From contig NW_024704742.1 of NCBI RefSeq assembly GCF_018977255.1, forward strand, positions 32,552,001 to 32,616,000: a DNA stretch of 64,000 nt. The letters are read 5' to 3'. This stretch comes from Callorhinchus milii. Lineage: Eukaryota. The translations under genes and the position numbers were made by a program. Positions 36,201 to 50,483 of the stretch are shown here, piece by piece; position 1 is the stretch's first letter; each line of letters starts with the position of its first letter. The notes under the pieces are model-generated. The model saw only the letters and a list, made by a program, of their open reading frames with translations, was not told the origin of the DNA and searched no databases.

Positions 36201-39200
36201 GAACAGGACTACGGAGTCCTGTGGCTCAGTGGGATGCGACTTGGGCAGATGTACGACTTAGGCGGTTATACGATTTATACAGATCAGACTTGTGAGTTTT
36301 ACTCTAATGCTCCATTTCCAGTGGTACAAATAGAGCATCAAGATAAGCACAGGTGAAACTAATTGCATGAATAATACAGATTAATACATCCGACATATTT
36401 TCAAGGGCGAATACAGGTATCTTGTAGAAAGGTGGAGAAGTAGACACTCGATAATAGTCTAGGGCAACAAACAATTTTTGAGACAGATCATTCAACACGC
36501 GTAACAGGAAGAAGTTATTTAATCTAAATTGTAGCCTGTTTAATTGAAGATATGGTGTGTGCTGCTTTTAACCCAAAAGCCAGCTGCAATATAATGTGGT
36601 TACATAAACTGGGCACATTAATTACACAAAAGAATATTCAAAGCAAACTTAACAAGTCAAAACACCCACTCTTTGAAGTGTAGTCAAATCATCAGGATCA
36701 CACAGAACACTTTTATATTAAACTTAAATGCATTGTATTTGAATTGATTTCTGAAAAAAAATACTTTGAAAGGGATGAATATTTACTCCTGTTAAATAGA
36801 AATTAGAATATGAACATTTATGTACGTGAAGACATGCTTTCTAAATAAACTCTGGGCACAAAGGAGTCTGAATCCGGGTAAACACTGGCATGGTTTTGGT
36901 CCTTCAGGGCAGCACTTTAGCAGTTTGTACAAGTCAATAGCCATCCTAACTGAACTGAACTCAACTGAAACATATTGACAGACAACACTTTGTGCAACGC
37001 TTCATTTGCAGCACACTTCAGTTATTCAATCACAATTCATGGCTTGTGTTTACAGCGCATTCAGACTGCAGCTCAGAAGAAGGGGGAATTGGGATGTCAG
37101 TGACATAAGGTTTCGTACTAAATCATTGACCGATGGTTGTACAGAGGTTGCCCAAGTTCATGACACTCAGTCCAAATGGATCAATGACCATCAATTATGT
37201 CTCAGCAGTAGTGGATGATTTTGGCTGCTCTCATATTTTAGGGAGGTTTGGTGATGATGTGTGGCTCAGCTCAGGCAACAGTGAGCAGTGACAAAATGGG
37301 ACACAAGTCAACATGTAGGAGAGAATGGGCAATCTGTGAAAAATGACACTCCCGATTGGCAAGTAAGATTAGCTATTCTTTTATTAGTGTTGATTCTTTC
37401 AGTATTGAATGATTTTGCACGCTTCAAGCTATGCGTAGAATGCCAAGTTTTAAAAAATATTTGCATGTCTTTCTGTTAAGCATAGACACCAACTAGCAAT
37501 ATTCTGAAATTCCTAAGCAATGCGATACCATATTTATCTCTTCATTTTCAAATCCAAAATAATAGAAGACGTTTTGAGTCACTCCTATCAGATCATCCCT
37601 GCTGAGCTTCGCGTTCTCACAAGATTTTGCCAAAACTTACATTGAAATTTTAATGGGAACGGTATAATATTGCTGACTTTATTTAAAAAAAACTTTTAAG
37701 CATGAACTGTTCAAAAGTTCACATCTAATGGTACATCACATTCTGTTGCCTAAGACATTTTTTTGTCTGAAACTTATCCATTATACTTTTGGATCTAATC
37801 TATGTTATGGTAATTCAAGTAAAAGAATAAATGACTGAGTTTGCTTCAACAGCTTTAGATCTCCAGCTATAAAGATAATTATAATAATCCTTTCAATTGG
37901 TAAAGCGCCTTTCATGTCAAGAGAACATCAGAAAGCACTTCACAGAATATAACGTAAAGTGCAGTGACTGTATGAGTTTGTGGCGAACATGACAACCAAT
38001 TTCACAAAACAACAACTTACATTTATATAGCACCTTTCACATGGGGCAGCATCTCAGAGCGCTTAACGCAGCAATGTCCCACAAACAGCCATGAAATGAG
38101 CAACCAATTTTATTTGGGGATTGTCTCACCAGGAGAAATTCCCTTCTCTTTTCTAATTGTAGTAAAAGAATAAATGACTGAGTTTTCTGCAACAGCTTTA
38201 GATCTCCAGCTATAAAGATACACTCCACTTACTGCAAAGAGTTATCCATAACTATAGAAGACATTTCATGCAATACCCACAGATCAGCATCACACTTGTC
38301 ACTAAATCAGGAGGCAGTTTTTCACCCAAAGGGTAGTAGAAATCTGGAACTCTCTCCCCCAAAAGTCTGTGGATGTCGGATCCATTCACATTTCCAAGGC
38401 CGAGATGGATACTATTTCTTAGGTCAGAGTATTAAGGGATATGGGGCAAGGGTGGGTAATTGGAGTTGAGGTATAGATCAGCCATGATCTTATAGAATGA
38501 TGGAACAGGCTCAAGGGGCTGAATGGTCTACTCCTGTTTCTAATTACTTGGGAAGCATTTTGAGATGCTTTGTTGTAAATGATTTAAAAATACAATCTCC
38601 TTCTTTCAGTAAACAGATGGACTTTAAATCCATAAAATGAATTTGAGGGAAGTTTAATTTGCAGTTAATCCCTACGGATGGAAGATCAGAGAAATAAATT
38701 CTTTGTTATTTATTAACAATTTGATTGTAACCTGATAATGCTGAAAAGAGACAAGCAAGCATATTTTACAAGGGAAGATTGGACAAGTTGCAGCTTTTCT
38801 CTCTAGAATTAAGATGATTCAGAGGGGGCCTGATGGAGGTATTTAAAATTATAAAAGGATTTGATAAGGTGGATGTTGATAGGCTGTTTCACTTGTTGGT
38901 GCAAAACGAGAGAGCATACATAGCACAGGTAGCATGTGCACTTTGACCTTTTGTTGTTTGGTTGTTTGTTAGTAAAATGGTAAGACAGAAAGCAGCGTGT
39001 GCGAGTATTTTTTGATCGTTGTGTGTGTTTTACTTCCTTGGTTACTGCTTATTTGTTATCTGTTAAAATGGTGCGTAAATCTGGGTGAAAACGCTATTTT
39101 TCAGCACCATGGAAACACCAACAATATTGTATAGTGAGGGGAACTGTCAATTGTGGTTAGCTCACCAAAGAATAACTCTCTCAACAACAACAACAAGATT

Positions 39201-41041
39201 CCATTTATAAAGCGCCTTTCACGTCAGGAGGACGTCCCAAGGCGCTCTCAGCCAGAAGAAAGCAAATCCAGCCAATAACAAGCAGCTCCAACAGGGCTCA
39301 TAATGGCAAAGGACAAGCAGTAGCCAACCTGGATGGAGAGCAGAAGCACATCTCGTAAAAGAAAAATAAGTAGAAGACTACAAAGTTTTGCACTGAATGG
39401 TGGTAGATGTTTGATAAGTAAATCTAAATATACACATGAAGCACATTTACCTGCACTGTGTGAGTGTATGTAAAGGTGTTTTATGCTGTTGGCCAGTATT
39501 TCGGGGGAAACTCCCTTCTCTTCCAATGATGCCTCAGGGTATTTAACATACAACTAAACAGGCATCTCATCTGAAGGATGGTGTCTTCAACAATGCAGCA
39601 CATCCCCAGCACTGCATTGGAGTGTCAGCCTAAACTTGTGAGTTCAAGCCCCGATATGACCTTGAACTCACAACCTTCTGACTCAGAGGTGAGATGGCTA
39701 CCAACTATAGTAAGCCAGGCTGCTACTGGTTATTTTTGTGTTATAAAAATCCTGAAAGAAGGCAAGTCCTCTTCATATGAAAACATACAGATCATTGGCT
39801 ATAGGTATGTGACTGAGGCAATTAGATATTTTAAATGTCCTGAGCAAAGTTTCTCCTGCAATCCCTCAGCTTCTTTGGTCTCCAGATCATCCATTACTGC
39901 TAATACTCAGATCCACATTCCCTCGGTATGAATTATTTACTGTGAATCACTGGAGCTACATCAATGTCCAAATAATGCCAACATAGGCAGCAATCATTGC
40001 AGAAAGGAACCAGATTCTTAAAACTACACACAAGTCTTCCCCCCCAACCATTTAGACATTCAAAATCTAACAATGTGCACTAACATAGAACACTTCACAG
40101 ATATGATAGGTAATGATAGGTAGTGCTCAAGGAACTCAGCAGCAAAAAAGGAGAGAGAATTTGAAAGTTGTTCAAAGACATGGTCAAAGTGAAGCAAGGA
40201 TATTTTGGACATTCCAGACACTATGGGTATAATACATGTATAGTGTACAGTGTTGTTTATCCACCAATGGTGGAACGGACAGTATGAGGAACAAGTAACA
40301 CGGCAGTCAATACACACAGCATAATGGGTTTGTTGGGCCTGATGCGAGAGGATACTAATGGTGGGTGGAGGATCCAAATCAGACCCAAGTTTCCAAACAG
40401 AGGGGACGAGCAAAAGAGTACAGTAGGAGTGGCCACAGAACATTTGTTGAGTGGGGAGCTTGTGGAGGTCACAAATTACAAAATCCAGCAAAACTGGAAG
40501 TCATAAAACTAGGAAGACCGGCTGTGACAATTTAAAGATTGGTCAGATTATTATCGTTTTCTGAATCCTTTGAAAAGCCATGAATAAAAATACAAGAATA
40601 AAAATCTAACTGGGTCACAATGGACGGGCTGTAATGACATCTATGTGGGATGTGCTGTGGTTTTGTGGGTGAAGCAGTTTTGGTCATTTTTGGCAAAACC
40701 CCAATTCTGTTTCTGACTATAATTGCTGGATGACCAAAATATCAAACCACAGTCTACAAGCTGTTCCCAGCCCCTGACTCGGCCCCCAAAATGACTAATT
40801 TCTGCTGCAGTAACGTTTCAGAATGGGTTCAAAATTAGGAATACAGTAAATTGCTAATTGTAACCAGCAGTAAAAGGAGTGGCTTTACCGTCAGGAAAAC
40901 ATAGCAAGAACAAGCGACATGTCCAAATGTCGAATACAGTTTACAGGCATATGATAACACAGTGATACTGGTTTCACAGCCATACTCTGCTCACCCTCAC
41001 TTGTAAGTCTATTCATGCCCTTGGACCTATCACTGTGATTT

Positions 41042-41353
41042 GAGTTCTGTAGCTCAGTGGTTAGAGCATTCGCCTTGCAAGTGAGACACCTGGGTTCAAT
41101 TCCAGTCAGGGCGAAACTTTGGGCAAGTTTCCTTACCCCACACGCCTAACAATAATCCCTCCAAAAAACAAAACAATAATAAATTGGTCGTTTTCAATCC
41201 ACGACTGTTTGTGGGACACTGCTGTGCGCAATTGGCTGCCGCGTTTTGCCCACAAATATACGGTCAATTCACTTTACAGCGTATTCTGTGAAGCGCTTTG
41301 AAACGTCTAGTAGACGTGAAAAGTGCTATGTCAAATGCAGGGATTATTATTAT
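41042..41353 (+). mobile_element. Full-length tRNA-headed SINE, same family (short subtype)
   Basis: tagctcagtgg ... ggttcaattcc ... ctgtttgtgggacactgctgtgcgcaattggctgcc ... caaatgcagggattattattat. Confidence 0.9.
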
Positions 41354-44300
41354 TTCTCCTATTGCGTTTGTTTTGCTCATCCCCTCCATTCACAAACATA
41401 GGCCTAATGCAGGTCACCCCATTAGTTGCTGAATTCTGCAAAGGATTCACCACCATCTTTTGGAGCTCCCTTCCTCTTCTCCTCCATTTTGTCCCTTCTG
41501 TATCAGTCTTTGAATCACACCTAAAATGTTACCACTTGGTCACCGTGTTACCATGCCTGTGGTCACTTCCCTCTTGCCCTCTGTATCCAATAACGTTCCA
41601 TGAACAGCACTACATAAATGTAAATGGTTGATTTTCATCTTTTCTTTCTCAATGTGTCGTTCTTACACTTTCCTGCGTGAGTGAGTACGAGTGCACGCGC
41701 ATGTACGTGTGTGTGTACGTGGGCAAATTGGGAGTAAAGGCTGGCGAACAAATCACCCACTTTTTGCAGCTTTCAGAAAATCACAATTCGCTGGTTTGCA
41801 AAGGTCACAAATTACAAAATCCAGCAAAACTGGAAGTTGCAATCAGGTCACTGAGTCATGAAAATCGCAAAATAGACTTCAATAACCTGGGAAGTGGGGT
41901 CAGGGTGGGGGAATCCAACATATAAATTGTTGAATGATACAGAAACATTAAATGGTACAATACATCTATCTCTTGTAAATAACTGCAATGCGCTCCAATA
42001 TTAAGACTCCCTGGATGGATTGCTTATTTAATCAGATAAAATTGATCCTGGACCACAGGAAAACAAGACCGCAGGAGAGTAACTGCTCCTACACAGGTGG
42101 CAAATGAAACCTGACAGTTTAGTCTATTAGGTATAGTTTATCTATCAAACCTCTTTCATCTAAAGCTCAAAGGCAATGCTTCTTTGACATTTTTATATTG
42201 CAGCAATAACGAAGGGCCATCCATCACTTTCCCAATCAGCAACTGAGAGCCAAAGATCAATGGCCCATGTTCAGACCCACGTTCTCCACCAATGCAATGG
42301 GTATAGATCTCAATTACACCATCTGGACAGATCTAGGTACAGTTTGCTTAGCACACCAGCCCCTGACCAGACACTCACCTTTGCAGTCATCAATAACACA
42401 GTGAATCGCAAGCTTCTGATCACTTTGTGCAAGGGGTTAACATTCATATCGCTCTTGCAGCCCCCCAGGGAACAGCTGCTGGAAGCCCAGGTGTCTCTCT
42501 GTGTTCGTCCTGTACAGATGATATGGTGACTGAGAATGTCTACTCAGAACTCCACACAGTAAAGGTATTAAAGTGGGGAATCTTATGCTTCAGATTATGT
42601 TGAAGTTTAAGAAAAAGATTTGCTGCGCTTTCAGCCACTATGCCCCAAAACTCTGGAATACTATCCCTCAATCCCTTTGCCTGGCCCCTCCTTCCTCTGA
42701 AGACCTTCCTTTTCGACCGTACTTACAGTCACTTCTCTCCTTCCTCCGGCTCAGCATCGTGCTCCGCTACTATCAAGCGTTCTGGGACGTTACCCAGTGT
42801 GAGGAGCGCTATATAAATGCAAGTTGTTGTTGTTGTAGACAGAAGAGGAAACTTCTGAGGAGCTGAGCCCCTCACAGCGTTCTCTAAATAACACTCAATG
42901 TAAATGAATCTCAAGTAATGGGCCAACAGTACATGTTTGAGCAAAGAAAGGGTTGTTGTGTTCCTCACAGTCTTTAGAACTCGTGAAGAACAAGATTGGA
43001 TTTGCTTACATGGGATAACTTATGTAGCAGCTTTCAAGTAGTATAATGTCTCCAACCACTTTACAAAGACGATGCGGACACACAAGTAACAAATTAAGAA
43101 TCACAAATTTCCTAAATAACTCGTTAGATAATTGTACCTTGTGGCTCAGTAATAATCAACAAAGTCCCAAGTGCAATCCTTGGCCTGTGCCGACTTAGCT
43201 GATCTCAGTCAGGGCAACAAAGAGATCAATGCCATTAGCCTCAGTGTCAGGAGATAGATCGCATTCCTATTTTCTGGTTACCCTCCAGCCAGTGACTACA
43301 AGCGTTTCCCATCAATATTTAGCACTGAATTTCTCACGGAGGTTTACACATTTGATTGATTAAAAAACAAATTGAACATCTGATTGAATTGAAGTGCTCC
43401 ATTATTGATGTGTTTGACCGGCCTGCTCACGACCCCACCCTGCCCGCCCCACCATCAGCAATCGGGCCTTCAATCTTTCTGTCCCCGCTCTCTGGAATTC
43501 CATCCCAGAGTCCCTCTGCTTTGCGCCTTCCCTCGCCTCCTTCAAGGTCCATTTCTTTGACCGCGACTTCAGCCATCTTCCCACCCCATTTCCATCGGCC
43601 CCCACCCCTCCTGAACCTAACCCCCAGTTCGAGGGCAAGCCCTCAATTGTCCAGTTCCTTGGGACGTCCTTCCACTGTGAAAGGTGCTATATATGCCATC
43701 TGCTGTTATTGTTGTTGCTTCATGGGAGCTGATTGTATTGTAATGTGGTGAGGCCTGCTGAGCAGCCTTTCACATTTCAGTAGGACTGAAACCTTCCCAT
43801 CTCAACCAGAGACCTTTTACTCAGCAGCAGGTTGGAAAATCTGGAACAATTCTAATTATAAGTATCCAACCTTTGGGACGTCCTCCTGATTTGAAAGGCG
43901 CTGTACAATTGTAATTTGTTAAGGTTGTTATACAACCGCATCTACAACACACGAGTAATATCTGCCTAAAAGATTCCTGTCACCCCCAAAACAGTTAAAG
44001 TGAAATAATAATAATAGTCCTCACACTTGATATTGTGTCTACAACATACAAACATCTCAAAGAACTTCACAGGTAATTGCTGTCAAGTGTAGTGACTGTG
44101 CATAGGCAAGTATGGCAAACTGCCATGAAGTGGATAACTATTTTTCTGAAGCTTTGTTGGCCAATGGGCAAGAGGCACTCTCTTTTAGGTATCAATACTG
44201 TCACCTGGAAATTGGTAGCGTGGCTTTCCGTTGGAGACCTTGAAAACCTTACAAACGTTTTGTGCATTAACATAACCATACAATACAATTTTACATTTAT

Positions 44301-47300
44301 ATAGCACATTGCATGTCGAGGGGACATCCCAAAGCGCTCAATAGACTTAGATGGGCATCTGAGCTGGGGGGAGCCAGCGGGGGTGAGGAAAGAATTTGAA
44401 CAAAGTGAGGGAGTGAGTCAGAGAGACTCACAGTAGATGGAGTTCCAGAGAGTGGGGACCAAAAGGTAAAAGGTATGCCTGAAGGTGCACTCAATCTGCT
44501 AGTTTAAATTTCTATCTCCACCACAGCTGGGAGTAAAACATGTTGTTTATTACAACAGCTCCAAATAACTCACAAACTCACTCACATAACTGTAAAACTT
44601 TACAACAGGTACCCTTAGCACGTCAGAACTGGCATTCCATAAACAATCTACAACCAGATGCAGCCATGACAAGGGAATGGGATCTTTAAAGAATCTCTGA
44701 CGTTCTCCCGTCACACAGTATAATATCTAGAACAACTTTCAACTTACAAGAAACTCCACTGTGGGCGCCGATACTGCCTTCCACTGTTCCAGTGTTTAAC
44801 AGTGGGCTGTGTACGACCACCATAACAATGGTCAGAGTAAAGAATGGTCAACGTATGATTTCTTTGAATCTGTTTTCCTCTCTGGAGGAAGCCGTGAATA
44901 TAAATCAAATTGTATTTGTACAGTGCGCTTCACTTAGAATGAAGTCTTGGAGTGCTTCACAGTGGAGGGGTTGGATGAGGGAGACGCCATAGGTACAGTT
45001 AAAGAGGTAGGTCATAGGGTGAGATTTAAAGATAGATAGGAGATAAGGTGGAGGGGTAGAGTTAGGGAGTTCCAGAGGTTCGGTATGTAATGACTGAAGG
45101 CTAGACCACTGATGATGGCACGGGGAGAATGGGCGATGTCCAGCAGGCCTGTGTCAGCTGAGTGGAGAGGGCTGTCAGTGGAGTGGGGTAAGAGCAGATC
45201 AGAGCAAAAGGGAGGTTTTGCCCTGTCAGGAATCGAACCTTGGTCTCTCGCTTGCGAGGCGAGTGGTCTAACCACTGAACTACAGGACTCCACAGCTTCA
45301 TAAGCTTATCAACAACAACAATTTGCATTTACATAGTGCCCCTCATGTAGGGTAGCGTGCCTATTACTATAACACCGGGATTACCCTCATTGCTTTGCTC
45401 TGCACCACCTCTAGGGTCTGGGTAACCCACACAATCATGACATCCAGAACACTACATAGTACTGCAGGTGCAGCCTGGCCAGAGCATTGTATGCCTCCAG
45501 TCATAACCTTTTTAAAAAAAATTGCAAAACCTGCCCTAGCGTAGGCTCATACGAGTAGAAAAAAGCGCTTGTAGATTCACCTTCTACTCTGAATAAGTTA
45601 TTAAGTCACAGTCAATTACCACCCATCCAGCAAAGTGCAATAGATTTCAATCCTCTGGAGGTATTTTATCAGCTCTTTATCTCACTTCAAGCCAGCAGTC
45701 AGTAAAAGGCATCTGCTTAACATCCTAACTCGTAACAGCTCACAAGTAGAGCTCTTTCATATCAGGAGAATGTCAGCCTGCAATAGACAGTACAATTATC
45801 TTTTTACAATGGATGACGCCAAAGTCATTCATTTAATATGTGTGGGGCAGTTCTCGGGATACGTTTTACAGGATTCTGTGTATCTCCATGAAAGGTATTC
45901 AATTCTTCCATTTATGAACCACCGCATTTCGTCATTGCATTTGCCTACAAAATATGCAGTCGCAAACAGTGACAACTTGCATTTATATAGAGTACGTCAT
46001 GTAGGATAACGTCTAGGAGTACTTTACAGTTGCAGAGCTATATGCCAAACAAGCTAGAAGAGAAGCAACCATAGGTGCAATTGAAGAGGCAGGTTCTAAG
46101 GTGGGATTTAAAGACAGATAGAGAAACAGCAAGGTGGAGAGAGAGGCCGGGGGTTTAGAAGCCAGTGAATGAAATGTTCCTGAAAGTGACTCACTTTACA
46201 TTACATTCAGTGAAGTGCTTCGAGATGTCCTCTCCATACTGACCTGTCTGCTCCCTCCGCTCAGTGGGCTCTGACCTGCACCATGTCCCCCACCCACGTT
46301 TTACCGCGTTTTGCCCACAAATATACAGTCAATTCACTTTACAGTATATTCTGTGAAACGCTTTGAGATGGCTAGAAGATGTGAAAAGCACTATATCAAA
46401 TGCAAGGATTATTATTATTATATATTACCTTAGCTCATCAAAATATCTCAAGGAGACTCACAAATAATTACTGTCAACTGTAGTGACTAGTTTTGCAGGG
46501 AAACTTAGCAGCCATTTTTCACAAAGCAAGGTTCGACAGAAGTGAATGGTCAGTTTATCTGGAGGATTTGTTGGGTAGGGCATGAACGAAACTTTCTTCT
46601 CTTACCGACTAGTAATAGATTCTTTGACATCCACCTGAAGAACAGGTAGACAGAACCTCAGTTTAACATCTCTTCTGAATGACAGCAACTCTGACAATGT
46701 AGTGCATCCCCCAGTACAGTACCACACTTAAGTACCAGCCTGGAATATGAGCTGAAGTCCTGATGCGAGCTTCTGAACCCACAAGCTTCTGAGCTAGATA
46801 AAAGTGCAACCAATTAATCTGAATTTTGCCTCAACTGTCTTGCAATACTTTCCTTTTAATGGGAGTGAGTCAACTATGGAAGACAGTGACATTACAATCT
46901 CTTTCACGACATAGCTCCAATTACATTAACTGTGAAGCAAGTGGAAAAGATCCAGCCCCCTTGTTGGTTGACATGAACCAGATTGAATATTATGAGGTAT
47001 GTACGAGCACTGTAAATAACATAGAATGTAGCTAAGCCCCTGTGTCAGCAGGATGAACAGAGAAATTGAATGCATTCTAACAACTGGATTACAAAAGTAT
47101 CCCAAGTCTTTCTCAATAAAGTCTGTGGTCCAAGCACCTGCCCGATGAGCGATAGGAACTGCCGTGTTTTGGTTTGGGGCTTATCTCGAGCAAAATATCA
47201 GCTAAGTGTTGTTGAAATTGTTTCTCTGGATCTGGCAATTCACTTATCTTGTTAACAAATTGCACTTTACCACACAGCAGGCCTGCAGGATAACCCAACG

Positions 47301-49764
47301 GCCTGTGGATGTTAGCACCAGGACAAAAGGAATCTTTGTAATCCCTTCCTGCATAAACAAGCCAAAACCACATCTGGAGCCATCTAACTTAAGTCCCATT
47401 TAGTGTTAGTTCTATAAGAGATTACATCAGCCAGGTCAGGTTCTCCCTGACTGAATATGATGTGATCTCCAGGTGTTAAGACAGAGGCTTAGTTTTGACT
47501 TCCGGCTAAAATTCTTGGCCGACCCGCATTGGCTTCATTCATTTCAAAGATGCTACTGTCTTATGCAATTTCTCTCTCCTCCCCCCCACCACGCCCCACA
47601 CACACTATTGTAAACAAAACACTCAGTGCCATTCACCTAAAAATTTGCAACAAATTGACATCTGAAGCATGAGCTGACCATAAAACATTAGCAGACCTCT
47701 GTCATCTCAAGCGGAAGCAAACGACCCTTCATCAATAAAGTCTCAAGCATGGCAGGCTTTCATGTTCCCAATGGCAGAAAGGAACAGGTCCCAGAACACT
47801 GGAGTAGGCTGGACTACAATTTGAAATGAAAGACGGACTAAGAGTGCAGAATGGAATGTTCCCATTTCTATGGAGGTTTGTGTGATATGTATTATTATTA
47901 ATAATAATAACCATTGCATTTGATATAAAGCCTTATCACGTCATTGAGATGTCTCAAAGCTCTTCAAAGATTATATTGTAAAATGGACTGACTGTGTATT
48001 TTGTGGGCAAAACGAGGCAGCCAATTGTGCACAGCAGTGCCCCAACAGTCATGGATTGAGTGACCACATTTTGGTGGCGGGAGGGGGTGTGGGGGGATTA
48101 TTACCCCTGGAAAGAGATCCACCAATCGACTAACAATCGGCTTCCTACTTACTATGGTAAACAGAGGCGCGTGGAGTAAGGAAACTTGCCTAAGATTTTG
48201 CCCTGCCCGGGATTCAAATCCGGTCCTGTTTTGTTAACAGAACACTCGAGTTCAGGGCCCAGAACTCCTTCATGTAATGCTTTATCCTGTGAAGCGTACG
48301 AGACATCTCAACAACATGATAATCATCAAAAGCAAGGATAATTATTATAATAATAATGTCCACTTGGATCAAAATACATCAACAGCTGATGGAAACACTG
48401 AAGTATTTATATCTTACTGAGGAAAGAATGCTTTAAAAAAACACACAAGTGGAATTGTTTTTTTAAAAAAAGTGGTATGCTAATGCTAAATTTAATTTTT
48501 ATTAAAGATTTCAGCAGGCAGACTCCAAACCAGTAAACGGAAAGAGTTTGCTTTTACTTCCTCTACTTTCCATCGCAGTAAAGATTCCTACTCCTCGTCC
48601 TTAAAACATAATTAAATTGCAAGACTGGAGTTTCTAAGACTGCAAGACTAAACTGCTCAATTCTGTTTGGGTCACTGCAATATTTAATTTAGTGTGCCTG
48701 CCAGTACTTCTGTCACAAAATAATAATTATAGTAATTCTAGCCTTATTACGTCAAAACATCTCAAAGCGCTTTACAAAGTTTTCTGGAAACTGCAGTGGC
48801 TATATATTTCTAGGCAAATGTGGCAGTCAATTTGAATAGAGCAACATCCATAAACAGTCAGGAGTTGAAGGACTATGAAGGATTGTTGGCCAGGACACCG
48901 GAAAAAACTCCCTTCTCTTTTCGAATAGTATATTGGGTCCTTTAATATCCAACTCAATAGGCAGATGAAACCTTGGTTTAACATCTCGTCTGAGGGTCCC
49001 TCAACAATGCAGTGTTCCCCCGGCACTGTATTGGAGTGTCAGCCTAACCCGGACAATGAGCAAAATCCCTGAATAACTGAGGTGTTTCAAACTTTGTTAC
49101 TAGCTGGATGGACCACAATGTTCTTTTACAATTTATACCTTCTCAACTGGTAAATGTCAACTTACCAGCGGGGGAGGGGACTTGTGGCTGTTCTGGTTGT
49201 GGTTAACTAACCCTTAGGTGCTCAGAACTGTAGACATTCTGTAGATGCCAAACATCTCATAAAAAGTGTAGAAGTACTATGCGCTGGAAGGGCAATACAT
49301 TCTTTTATTTTATTCCAACAGCTGTCTCATGATAGCGCGGGGGGGGGGGGGGGGGGGCGGAAGTGAGAGGAAGGGCTCACTCCCACATCGTATGCAGAGC
49401 TTTTCAAGCACCCATTATACACAGAGACGGCAGTAAGACTCCAGCGATCTGAACATCTAAAACAAATACACAGAATTTTAGCCTGATGAAGCTGCAGACT
49501 GTGAGGCAAGACACAAAACACCAAACAGTAATAACAGTTTTTGCCTCGTTTTCAGCGCCTTGGGATGTCCTCCCGACGTGAAAGATGCTCTATAAATGCA
49601 ATCTTGTTGTTGTTGTTGTTCAGAAAGCCCTTTAAGGTACCTTCATCCCTCTTGTGTGTACAATCACATCTGATATCAGCCCCGCGGAGTCATAGGTCAG
49701 TATTTCACAGAAATGCTGCGAGGTGATGGGAATCCTATTCTACAGGAAACTAATTGTTTAGAAT

Positions 49765-50141
49765 ATAATTATAATAATCCTTGCATTTGATTATAGCACT
49801 TTATCACATTGTTGAGATGTTTCACAGAATATACTGTAAAGTGAATTGACTGTGTATTTTGTGGGCGAAACACAGCAGCCAATTGTGCACAAGTGTCCCA
49901 CAAACAATCATGGATTGAGTGAGCAATTTTTTTTGTGGGATTATTATGCCCAGAAAGCAATCCTCCAATCAGTTAACAACTAATTAAATCAGGTCTAAAA
50001 ACGGGATTCCTACTTACTGCTAGGGTAAACAGAGGCATGTGGAGTAAGGAAACTTACCTAAGGTTTCGTCCTGTCCGGGAATCAAACCCGGGTCCTTATG
50101 TTTGCGAGACGAGTGCTCTAACCACAAAGCTATGGGACACC
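49765..50141 (-). mobile_element. Full-length SINE, long subtype (extra ~90-nt internal segment)
   Basis: Same head and tail plus gcctctgtttaccctagcagtaagtaggaatcc... Partial long-subtype copies at ~1022-1255, ~22555-22668 and ~47893-48225. Confidence 0.85.
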
Positions 50142-50257
50142 ACAGATCAGTATTCCACAGTAAAGATGCAAGGGGACAGGACTCCTACCGGAAACTAAAT
50201 AAGATATAGATTTTTGTATATGTGTAAATTTGCCACACCCAGGTTTGGTAAATTATT

Positions 50258-50483
50258 AACAAAAACAGAAGTCACTGGGAATACTCAGCAGGTCAGGCAG
50301 CATCTATGGAGAAAGGAAAATGACTCAACGTTTCGGGCCCATGACCCTTCGTCAGAACAGTCGTGGAGCCAAAACGTTGATTCACTTTCCTTTCTCCATA
50401 GATGCTGCCAGACCTGCTGAGTGTTCCCAGTGACTTCTGTTTTTGTTTTCAGATTTCCAGCATCTGCAGAATTTCACATTTTA
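50258..50483. mobile_element. Palindromic Penelope-like (pseudo-LTR) insertion with hammerhead-type motif and 10-bp TSD
   Basis: 76-bp inverted arms (50258-50333 / 50372-50447, 4 mismatches). GTAAATTATT repeated at 50248-50257 and 50484-50493. CUGACGA...GAAACGUU core on the minus strand. Confidence 0.8.

Noticed and set aside
40060..40491. 143-aa ORF or possible LINE remnant (WWN motif on the plus strand)
   Set aside because: A single short motif with no further recognisable RT or endonuclease sequence.
49339..49357. G19 homopolymer as a functional element
   Set aside because: Isolated intronic homopolymer whose length is sensitive to sequencing error; no supporting context.
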